Assembly: GCA_977017645.1 (NCBI GenBank)
Contig: OZ360242.1
Coordinates: forward strand, 34,534,001-34,598,000
Direction of reading: 5' to 3'
Length of the DNA stretch: 64,000 bases
Source: Torpedo marmorata
Lineage: Eukaryota
The translations under genes were made by a program, and so were the position numbers. The notes below the pieces were generated by a model, which did not search any database, was not told the origin of the DNA, and worked only from the letters and a program-made list of their open reading frames with translations. Positions 54,011-64,000 of this stretch are shown here, in pieces (within the stretch, counting starts at the first letter, position 1; each line of letters opens with the position of its first letter).

Positions 54011-54468
54011 AAAACAAAAAAGCACAGTGTCTTATAAATGGTGAAAGATTGGGTAATGTTGGTGTTCAAAGAGAACATGGTATCTGTGCATGCTGAAAGC
54101 CAACACAAAAGTCCAGCAAGTGATTAGAAAGGCAATTGACCTTTTGTACTGAAGAATTTGAGTACCGGCATAAAGATGTCTACCTGGAATTACACCATGA
54201 CACCTCACCTAGACAATTGTGTGTAGTTTTGGTCTCCTTACCAAAAAACAGGGTATACTTGCCAATGGCAGAAATGCAATGAAGTCTCGTCCAGGAACAC
54301 TTTTTTACCTTATAAGATTTACAAGACCAGGCATTCATTCTCTGGAGTTCAGAAGAATGAGAGAAGATCTCATTGAAACAGACAAAATTCTTACAGGGTT
54401 CAACATGCTGGATGCAGAGATATTTTCTGAGTCTTGAATCAGGGGTTTAACACAAGAGGCAGGACATT

Positions 54469-55302
54469 TCAAGATTCAAGATTCAACCCATTGTCATAGT
54501 AATAAGACAGTGTCATATTCCATGAAATTTATTTTTGCCTGCTGCAAGGCAGACAGATTTGCCACCGGCAGAAATTGCCTAAGCGCCTCTAACATTCCTT
54601 ACAGTCAGAGAAAGAGAAGCAAAAGAGAGTCCCCCCAGAGTCACCGAGTGTCCGTAGATTCGCCTCCAGCGCTTCCGCAGCCTCCGCAGTCACACAGAGT
54701 CCAGTCCAAACCATCGGCATCCCGAGCTCCAGATCCGAACCTCCGACATGGTCAGGGCGCCCTCGGCACCCTCCCGCATCCCGGTTCCGATACCTGTTAC
54801 TCCTCCAGCCAGTTCGAGCCAGCCTCCAGCAGTCCGCAGCCCGGCGTGAGTCCCCTGACAGCAGTCTCCAGCAGCCCACAGCCTCCGCGGGTTCCTCGCC
54901 TCAAGTCGCCAGCAGCCCGCCGCATGCACTGGTCATCAGCCTCAGAGCCCCTCATTGGTCCGCCGCTGTGGTCACCGTCCCGTGGGTCGTCTCCTCCGCT
55001 TCTCCTTCTCAGACGAGGGGTGATCTTCCCGTCCTCTGTTGCCCTGCTCCAGTCCTCCGCTTCCCCGGAGTCTGCAGCCCCTCGTGGCTGCTGCCGGTTA
55101 AAAGGCGCTGCCATCTTGGGCGCAGACCCCGTGGTCACGGGATCTTAAATAAAACCACCGTCGGCTCCCTCAACGGGCCGTTCAAAGCCCGTGCGGAACC
55201 GACGGCAGTTGACTGGGCGGTTGGACCCCGCGAGAGCGTTGTATCTCTCCCACGCTCCCCGCGGGTCCGCACCAGCGGCAGCGCTGCTGTTACAGTGGCA
55301 GT
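54469..55302 (-). mobile_element. GC-rich non-autonomous retroelement, copy 2
   Basis: (TTGAATC)n tail; homologous to 11898-12731; interrupts an old CR1 at ggacatttc|agaactgag. Confidence 0.75.
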
Positions 55303-57608
55303 AGAACTGAGGTGAAGAGAAATTTCTTCATGGCAAGGGTGGCAAATCTTTGTAATTCTCTGTCCCAGGGACTGCAGCAGCTCTATGACTGAATGCATTT
55401 AAAATTGAGATTGCGGAACTCAGCAGGTCAATCAACATCTGTGGAGTAGGCCATGTCCCTGCATCAGATGTTGCTGGACTACTGAGCTCCTGAAACAGTT
55501 TGTTTATTTTTTTACTCCAGATTCTTGTATCTGCACTTTCTTCTGTCCCATGATCATTAGATTTCTGGATAGTAAGGGAATCAAGGATATGGGGATAGTG
55601 CAAAATAGCATTGTGGTAGATGATTGGCCATGATCTTGATAAAAGATGAAGCAGGCTCAAAGGGCAAAATGACCTCATCCTGTTCTTGTTTCTTACATTT
55701 TTTTTATTCTATACCAATTCAAAAGTCTATCAATCTGACACCTAAATATTCCAAGTGAATAATCAATCCTCAGCCCTCTGAGCAAAAAAAAAATAGAAGA
55801 TTCCACTTCCTGAGTAAAGAAATTTGTTCTCATTTCAATCTCAATTTCAGCAACTAAGAATTTTGGTGCAAGTGTTCATTGTACAATGTTAATGACAATA
55901 AAAACATTCTAATAATCTTAAATTACTTGTACCTTGGTCTGTAAACCAGGCTTTCTCATGCTAATTTGCTCAGTAGAATCCCAAATATTTTACCAAACAA
56001 TCTTGGATTGTTTGTTCTCTAAATTCTGAACAGCAAAGTCAATCAACTCAATCTCTCCTTACAGGGCAACCTTCTCATCCCAAAAAGCATTCCTGCAACC
56101 TTTATGCACTGCCTCACAGGCAAGTACATCCTTCCCTCACTGTGGAGGCAAATTTAAACTCACAATTCCTATAAAACCTCTTTACTTTTCTACTCAACCC
56201 TTTCCCCTTCCCTTTGCAATAAAGAATAAAAGACCCTTTGCCTTTCTAATTGTTTGCTCTACCTCATGCTACTTTTTAATGGTTTCATGTATGAATATAA
56301 ATAGCTAATTGCATACTAATATTTAATCGCTTCCACCACTGAAAAAAAAATGTTCTATTTTTCTCACTAAGATTAATAAGCTCACACTTACCCAAATTAT
56401 CTGTCATCTTATTGCCCATTTTACTTAGCCCACCTCTATCCTTTTCCACAGAAGCAGGAGATGGGCAAATTCAGAGCATGGAATGAAGGCTGCAATAGAA
56501 TGGCTCATATTGATAGGTGAAAGGAGGGAGTATGCAAAAGAGGGTAGAATCAAATGGCAGAAATAGGGAGGTTAATGAAAGTATAAAGCTTACACCCACT
56601 GCTACGTCTTTGGAGGTGCCCTCGAACAGCAAAGATTCATCTTAGTTTCTGAACCAAAATGCTCCCTTTGTGCCAATTCAATCAGTTTGAGATCCTGTTG
56701 GACACACAATAACAAATGCATTTGTCTACATCTTGGGATTGATTGTATATCATGTGCTTCAATAATTACATGTGGTTAACAATGTGCTTAAAATAGCACT
56801 GGGGAATCTCACAGAAGTGCAAAAAAGCATTCATCCACACTAACACAAATTACTTTCTTGACATCTCACTCCACCAAGCTCTACACCAATACTATGTAAC
56901 AATATTTTTCTCCTGTTCTTTTAGCAGAATTGTATGAAAATTAGGAATATAGAATGTAATAATTTGTTTCATATTAACTTTATTCCATTGGAGCTTAAAT
57001 GGGCAATCATTCAACAGAATCCTGAGTCAATAGAATGTTCAGAAATGAGACTTCATTATTTAGTTCTTTACCTGTTGAGGGTCAGCAACAGGAATACCAG
57101 CTCTCCAATAATGCCAGCTCTTGCTCAATCTGGGGATGTTGTGTAGTGTCACTTTGTGCTCATGGGCTGTTGGGAATGAGTCAGTACAAACTCATCCTAA
57201 TCCTTAATCGATACCTATTTATTTCAACTGATTCTGATCACAATGATAAAACCATTGCATGCAAAGCAAATGGTCTCGAGGGTTTGAACTCATTAATCAA
57301 ACGTCAGATTCAATCAATTAACAGCCATTATCTGCCTTAAGCCTTAATTTCCTGGCACATCTATCAAAATTGTTGCCCGTTGCTGTGACTTTGAAGCATC
57401 AAATTTAGGGGAGAGGTGGCTATCCAATCCCAAGGATCCGTTCCTTTCTGAAATTGAGTTTTTAAAATGAGGTTTCACAGTAAAGTTTTGTGACTATAAC
57501 CCTGGCTCTCAGCCAGGGCATACATCAATACATCATATGGAGTGCTTTTTTGATTTTCCACTTACTATTATTCTAAACTCCAGCTTCATCAACTCAATCT
57601 CTCCTCAG

Positions 57609-59256
57609 GAGTAAAACACGAAAGTCTGCAGACACCGTGATTGAAGTAAAAACACAATGCTGGAGAAACTCAGCAAGTCAAACAGTGTACTTTATATATC
57701 AAAGATAAAGATACATAACCAATGTTTTGGGCTTGAGCCCTTCATCAAGGTATGATGATGACCTTGATGATCAGATTTCAGATTTATTGTCAGAGTACAT
57801 ACATGATGTCACATACAACCCTGAGATTCTTTTTCCTGCGGGCGCAGCAGAATTACCACTAATTGGTAGTGCAAAAAGTAAACTGTACACAGCGTAAACA
57901 TGTAAACAATCAAAAGAACTGCTAACAGGTAATGAAGGAAACTGAAAATGAAACTGACTGTGCAATACAGAGAGAGCAAAGAAAAATCAATAAAGTGCAC
58001 GAGTAAGAGTCCTTAAATGAGTCTCTGATTTGACTTTGTTGTTGAGGATTCTGATGGTAGAGGGGTAGCAGTTGTTCCTAAATCTGGTGGTGCGAGTCTT
58101 GTGGCACCTATACCTCTCTCCTGATCAAGAACAGAGCGTGCGCTGGGTGGTGTTGGCCTTCGATGATTGCTGCTGCCCTCCGACGGCAGCGTTCCCTGTA
58201 GATGTACTCAATAGTGGGGAGGGATTTGCCAGTAATGTCCTGGGCTGTGTCCATTACCTTTTGGAGGGCTTTACTCTCAGGGGTATTGGTGTTCCCATAC
58301 CAGACCATGATGCAGCCAGTCAGCATACTTTCCACCACACATCTGTAGAAATTTGCCAGGGTTTCTGGTGTCATACCAAACCTCTGCAAGCTCCTGAAGT
58401 AGAGGCGCTGACGTGCTTTCTTCACGATGCCATTGGTGTGTTGGGTCCAGGAAAGATCCTTTGAGATAGTGACTCCCAAGAACCTAAATTTGCTCACCCT
58501 CTACAACTCTGATCCCCCAATGATCACTGGATTGTATACCTCTGGCTTTCCTTTCCTGAAGTCAACAATCAGCTCCTTAGTTTTGGTAACATTGAGTGCA
58601 AGGTTGTTTTTGGTGCACCATTCTGCCAGGTTTTCAATCTCCATCCTGTATGCTGACTCATCCCCTTCCTTTATACAACCTACTACCTTGGTATCGTCGG
58701 CAAATTTATAGATGCTGTTATTGTCATACCGAGCTACACAGTCATAGGTGTAAAGTGAGTAGAGCAGGGGGCTAAGAACACAGCCCTGTGGTGCTCCAGT
58801 ACTGATGGAGATTGTGGAGGAGAAGTTCTTACCAATCTTCACTGATTGTGGTCTGGAGGTGATGAAATCCATGATCCAACTACGCAGTGGGGTGTTAACT
58901 CCCAGGTCTTGGAGTTTGCTGATCAGTTTTGAGGGGATGATGGTATTAAATGCCGAACTGTAGTCGATAAAGAGCATCCTGATGTATGCATCTTTGCTAT
59001 TCAGATGTTCCAGGGCTTTGTGTAGGGCAAGTGAGATGGCATCCGCCGTAGACCTGTTGCCGTGATAGGCGAACTGGAATGGATCCATGTCACCACTCAG
59101 ACAGGAGCTGATATGCTTCATCACCAGCCTTTCAAAACACTTCATCACTGTTGACTCAAGACCAAAACGTTGGTTATGTATCTTTATCTTTGCTATATAA
59201 AGAACGCTGTTCGACCTGCTGAGTTTCTCCAGCATTACATTTTTACTTCAATCACT
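57609..59256. mobile_element. Head-to-head inverted Penelope pLTR pair, the + copy split by a Rex1 LINE
   Basis: - copy 57609-57756; + copy 57761-57770 and 59155-59256; flanks tcaatctctcctca / tcaatcactcctca. Confidence 0.8.
57771..59152 (-). mobile_element. Rex1/Babar LINE (second subfamily), 5'-truncated
   Basis: [43 protein letters not shown]; (AAATCTG)n tail. Confidence 0.92.
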
Positions 59257-59259
59257 CCT

Positions 59260-60670
59260 CATCTGGCAGACCATTCAATCAGTCTGTTAAATCTTTGCTA
59301 TGATCCCTCTACAAGTGTCTGCTTTTTTAGGCAACAAGACCAAGGTTTAACATAATACTTCAGCTGTAGTTTCACAAAGGCCTTCTATAATTGTTGTTAG
59401 ATATCCTCACTTTTGAAATAGACTTTTTAATTATAGTTTTCTGTGAATTATGTTAAAGGGCACCCAGAATCATTTGTGTATCAATTTTCCTGCTTTCTTG
59501 CCATAAAAAATACTCACCTTTTCTATTTTCTCTATCCAAGAGGATGACTTCAAATTTTCTGCATTGTACTGCATCTGTCATTGTTGTTGCCCAGTCACTC
59601 AATTTATCTATATCCCCTTGAAGTCTCTTTGCATCATCACCACAAACATTCCCACTTAGTTTCATGCCACCAGTAAACTTGGTCCCCTCAGCAAAGCTGT
59701 TGATATTGATTGTGAATAGCCAGGTTCCGTGCAGTGTTCCACAAATAACCCATTTATTCCTACACTTTGCTTTCTATCTGTTAAACAACTCCCACTCCAA
59801 AAAATTATCCTAATTCCATGTTCTCTAACCTTGTTCATTAAGACACCAACTAAGGCACTATCAGAAGCATTCTGAAATCTATATAGACTACCTTCACTGT
59901 TTCTCTCTCTTCTACTCTACTAAAGATATACTCAATAAACTCCAATTGTCTAAATTTAATTCCCTTTCACAGATCAATGTTGACTCTGGACAATCATATT
60001 ATTCTTTCCAAGTCTCACAATAAATTTTTTATTATAGATTCCAGAATTTTCCCAACTACCAAGGTTAAGCTAATGAGTGAGTAGTTTCCTGCTTTCTCAC
60101 ACTGTATTCTTAAATAGGTCACATTTGCTAACCACAGACGGTTAGCGTAGCAGTTAGCGAAATGCTGTTACAGCGCCAGCGATTGGGACCAGGGTTTGAA
60201 TTCCGCGCTGTCTGTAAGGAGATTGTACATTCTCCCCATTGCGTGGGTTTTTCCTGGGGGCTTTGGTTTCCTCCCACCCTTCAAAACCCTAACCCTAACC
60301 CACCATTTGAAACATACTGGGAGTGTAGGTCAATTGGGTATAATTGGGCGGCACAGCTTCGTGGGCCGAAATGGCCTGTTACTGTGCTGTATGTCTAAAT
60401 TTTTTTTTAAATTAAATTAAATCTAGACTGTATAGATTCCTGGAAGATGATAACTGGAACATCCACTATCTCCACTTTCAGAACTCTGGAGGTAGATCAT
60501 CAGGTCCTTGGGATTTAAGTCTTCGAGTTCATTATTTCTCAAATACTCCCATTTTAAACTAATATTTCTGGTTGATTTTGTGTCTATTCTACCATCCAGA
60601 CAGATGCAAAGACTTTGCTTAGTTCCAATAGCATTTCCTTATTCCCCATTGTAAATTCTCCCATCGATAT
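59260..60670 (-). mobile_element. Old CR1 fragment containing a SINE
   Basis: RLQGDIDKLSDWA...KFEVI remnants. Confidence 0.6.
60135..60420 (+). mobile_element. HE1-like V-SINE (the only sense-oriented copy)
   Basis: cggttagcgtagcagttagc...gggtttgaattc; V-domain; tgctgtatgtctaaa tail. Confidence 0.88.
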
Positions 60671-61119
60671 CCAAAAGAAATAATGTGTGAACAATTACAG
60701 CAAAAAATAGGTTCAAATAAGTTTACCGACAGGCAGAGTTCATAAGAGGAAAATGCATTCCTCTTAAAAAGAAGTACTTCCTTGTAAACCTAATCAGACT
60801 TAATATTGTGAAGACATTTTACAATGTTGGCTTATAGCTCTGGTGCTTTAAATGAAATTACCTCAGTCTCATGCAGAGCATAAACCTTGGCAAAGATCCA
60901 GGCACATAATTGCTGTTCTGTCCTGTAAATTCTGTATTATTCTACGTAATCCACTGATAGCATATTTTCTTTGTTTATCTCTTCTCGCTTCAGCATTCTC
61001 ATTTATTTGTTTAAGGAAGGGACTAGGATATAAAGTAGTTGCCATGAAAGACAAATTTCACCCCTCAACCTTTTTCCAACTACTCCCTCTCACTGGGTAA
61101 TATGGAATTAAGATACATA

Positions 61120-61338
61120 CAGGTAAACCCCGCTTTACGAATACTCGAATTACGAAAATTTGCTTATACAAATAAACCCGTGTTCGTTTTTATGAAGAAA
61201 TTATAATGGGTTTATAATGGGTTTTCGCTTTTACGAAAATTGCCTCCAATAGTAGTTAATGGGTCTTTGCTTTACGAATTTTCGGTTTACGAATGGTTTC
61301 TCAGGAACGCTCTACCTTTGTTAAGCGGGGTATACCTG
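61120..61338. mobile_element. Tigger/pogo-like MITE
   Basis: TIRs CAGGTAAACCCCGCTTTACGAA / TTTGTTAAGCGGGGTATACCTG; TA on both flanks; repeated tttacgaa motifs. Confidence 0.85.
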
Positions 61339-62246
61339 TATAGTGGTTCTAAATGTCATGGACCATTGCACCTTTGATATTATTCCTCCCTTTTGATTGC
61401 AATAAAGGGCATTGCAAATTAGAATGGGGCATTCAAATTCCACTTCACATATTTCAAAGATGTAAATCTGTCATTGCATTCTAAATATAAAAGTAATGGA
61501 AAGGTGGTAAATGACTCATAATAAGATGTTGCTGAATTTAATCAGGTATGGTGTATGGTGAGAGTATGTGAACCATCATGGATGGTTTACCATCTGTAAT
61601 ACACTCTCTTGCAAGTGTACTACAACTGGAAGGTACAGGCTTCTTAGTGATGTACTTCTTAGTGTGCTTCTGAGCTGTGTGGAAAGTATAGTGGGGACAA
61701 CAAACCATCTCATTTCAGCTGATATAGGAGTAGGTCTTCTTCAGTGTTCCTTGTTCAGAAGGATTCAAATCACACCATCGAAAGGCTGCATCAGAAATGA
61801 GGCCACAAGTGGCCACTGGATGAAGATGCATTCAATCTCAGCCCAGGTGCCTTACCTTCCCACATCGCCCAGCCCTTGTCAAATATCCTGCCGACATTTG
61901 TGACCTGATTGGCACATAACAACTAATCATTTGTGTGGCTATCCAATATATTTCCACTAATCCTCAGGAGTGGTGGGAAGAAAATTACCGGTAGGTAGAA
62001 CTGAAAATTGACATAAAACCGGGAAAATGAAATTGCCATGAAGCCTGGGGAATCTTTTATGTTCATTTCTTCATAGTGTTATCCAGAGCATCAATATTAT
62101 CAAGCGCATACAGTATTATCATCCATTTAATACTGCAGCTTTCACACTCCATACTTTGGATTACTTTCTGATGAGGCAAAGTTGTGATAGCTCAGAGGTG
62201 GCCAGTGTGACACTTATTCAATGTTTCTTTTTCCTCCTGCACACAG

Positions 62247-62362
62247 AATAAACATTGTTTACTGGAAGCCAGACTGAGCTGCACAAGAGATTTAATTAAG
62301 AAAGACATCTATCCAATTATAATCGTCATTAGAGTATGTGAGAAGAACATCAAACGATTCAG
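62247..62362 (+). CDS. CARD11: CARD11 penultimate exon (GUK): [38 protein letters not shown](R)
   Basis: Acceptor ttcctcctgcacacag, donor AG|gtaatg; 116 nt. Matches human [39 protein letters not shown] (recalled). Not in the ORF track. Confidence 0.94.
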
Positions 62363-62637
62363 GTAATGTCTGATGGATTCTATGCTGCTGCCTTTAATTA
62401 GTTAAAGTTGCCACCTCGAATCAATGTTCCAGAATTAAACATGCCTCGGGATCTGGTACTGAGCTTATGTTATTAAAATAGTTCTTCGCTTCCCAAAATT
62501 CTCACTTTCAATTTTAACAGTCAAATGAACAGTTCCAACATTGTGTCAGAAAGCTGACATGGGTGTGAGACAGGAAAGCAGAAATTCTCCTGGCAAATCT
62601 CTCAGCAAAAAAAAAAAAAATCCGACGATCCAGTCAG

Positions 62638-64000
62638 CCATAAGACCATTGAGTCTGCTCTGCCATTCCATCATGAGCTGATCCATTTCCCCACTCAGCC
62701 CCACTCCCCTGTCTTCTCCCCATATCCTTCGATTCCCTGACTATTCAGATACCTATTAATCTCTGCTTTAAATACACCCAACGACCTGGCCTCCACAGCC
62801 ACCCATGGCATAAAATTCCAGAGGTTCACCACTCTCTGGCTAAAGAAATTCCTCCGCCTCTGTTTTAAATGGGCGCCCTTCAATCCTGAAGTTGTGCCCT
62901 CTTGTCCTTCACTCCCCTACCATGGGAAACAACTTTGCCACATCTACTCTGTCCAGGCTTTTCAATATTCGAAATGCTTTTGAGTTCTCCTGAACTCTAA
63001 GGAGTACAGTGCAAGAGCCGTCAAATGTTCCTCATATGCTAATCCCTTCATTCCAGGAATAATTCTTGTAAATCTTCTCTGAACCCTTTCCAATGCCATC
63101 ACATCCTTTCTTAAATAAGGAGCCCACAACTGTATCCCGTACTCAAAGTGAGGTCTCACCAGTGCCTAATAAAGCCTCAACATCACATCCCTGCTCTTGT
63201 ATCCTCTTCCTCTAGATATGAATGCCAACATTACATTTGACTTCTTCACCACCAACTCAACCTGGAGGTTAACCTTTAGGGTATCCTGCACAAGGACTCC
63301 CATGTCCCTTTGCACCTCCAAATTTTGAATGTTCTCCCTTTTTAAATAATAGTCTGCCCTTTTATTCCTTCTATCAAAATGCATGACCGTACAGTTTCCA
63401 ACATTGAATTTCATTTGCCACTTCTTTGCCCATGCTCCTAATCTATCTAAGTCTCTCTGCAGCCTCTCCGTTTCCTCCTCACTACCTGCCCCTCCACCTA
63501 TCTTTGTATCATCTGCAAACTTAGCCACAAAGCCATATATTCCGCAATCCAAATTTAGACATACAGCACAGTAACAGGCCCTTCAGGGCCACGAGCCCAC
63601 CGCCCAATTACACCCAATTGACCTACAACCCCCATACATTTCAAAGGGTGGGTGGAAACCGGAACACCCGGAGGAAACCCACACAGATCCGAGGAAAATG
63701 TACAAACTCCTAACAGACAGTGCTGGATTCGAACCCGGGTTGCTGGCGCTGTAACAGCATGGCGCTAACGCTACGCTAACCATGCCGCCCTTATCTACCC
63801 CTAGATCTTTCAGCTTCCCAAGCACCTTCTCTCTGGTGATCTTGACTGCACTCACCTCTCTTCCCTGACACCCTTGAAAGTCTGGTGTACTGCTAATGTC
63901 TTCCACCGTGAAGACTGTAGCAAAATACTCATTCAGTTCCTCTGCCATCCCCTTGTCTCCCATTATAATTTCTCCACCATTATTTTCTATCGGTTCTATA
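62638..64000 (-). mobile_element. CR1 LINE fragment (RT and 3' end) with a SINE at an internal deletion
   Basis: KFADDTKIGG, RPHFEY..QLW.P, FFSQRVVNLW; MAEELNEYFATVFT at the right end. Confidence 0.9.
63551..63790 (-). mobile_element. HE1-like V-SINE
   Basis: Head gggcggcatggttagcgtagcg, B-box ggttcgaatcc. Confidence 0.9.

Noticed and set aside
53653-54108. ORFs spanning X runs
   Set aside because: Artefacts of the N gap.
54510-55315. Pro/Ser-rich ORFs in the GC-rich element
   Set aside because: Frames are not preserved in the other copy (11898-12731).
58501-59235. 244-aa RT ORF with an unusual N-terminus ([11 protein letters not shown])
   Set aside because: The N-terminus is antisense Penelope pLTR fused to a truncated Rex1 RT; the same peptide appears at 53072.
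62363-64000. Terminal CARD11 exon
   Set aside because: No KLLP...WVDEDQL-like coding sequence found; most of the region is CR1/SINE, so the exon probably lies beyond the window.

Overview
Vertebrate genomic DNA; the HE1/V-SINE, CR1, Rex1/Babar, L1 and Penelope repeat content points to a cartilaginous fish, probably a ray. The only host gene is CARD11 (CARMA1) on the + strand. Eight phase-compatible GT-AG exons (4338-4464, 6286-6526, 18762-18858, 25220-25309, 37991-38123, 39553-39732, 42073-42197, 62247-62362) encode the end of the PDZ domain, the SH3 domain and most of the GUK domain; the 5' exons and the last exon lie outside the window. The introns are densely filled with nested transposons, many with readable target-site duplications (TSDs). 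Points most worth a second look: (1) short Penelope-derived elements carrying a minimal hammerhead-ribozyme motif with a U3 core variant and stem-II covariation, several as standalone or inverted insertions; (2) a GC-rich, hairpin-rich, non-coding retroelement with no tRNA head that shares its 3' tail with Rex1/Babar LINEs (two copies); (3) a four-element nested hAT/LINE cluster; (4) a doubly rearranged L1 insertion; (5) a locally templated inverted patch at a LINE 5' junction. There is one assembly gap (53780-54010). Most ORFs in the supplied track are transposon fragments or spurious.
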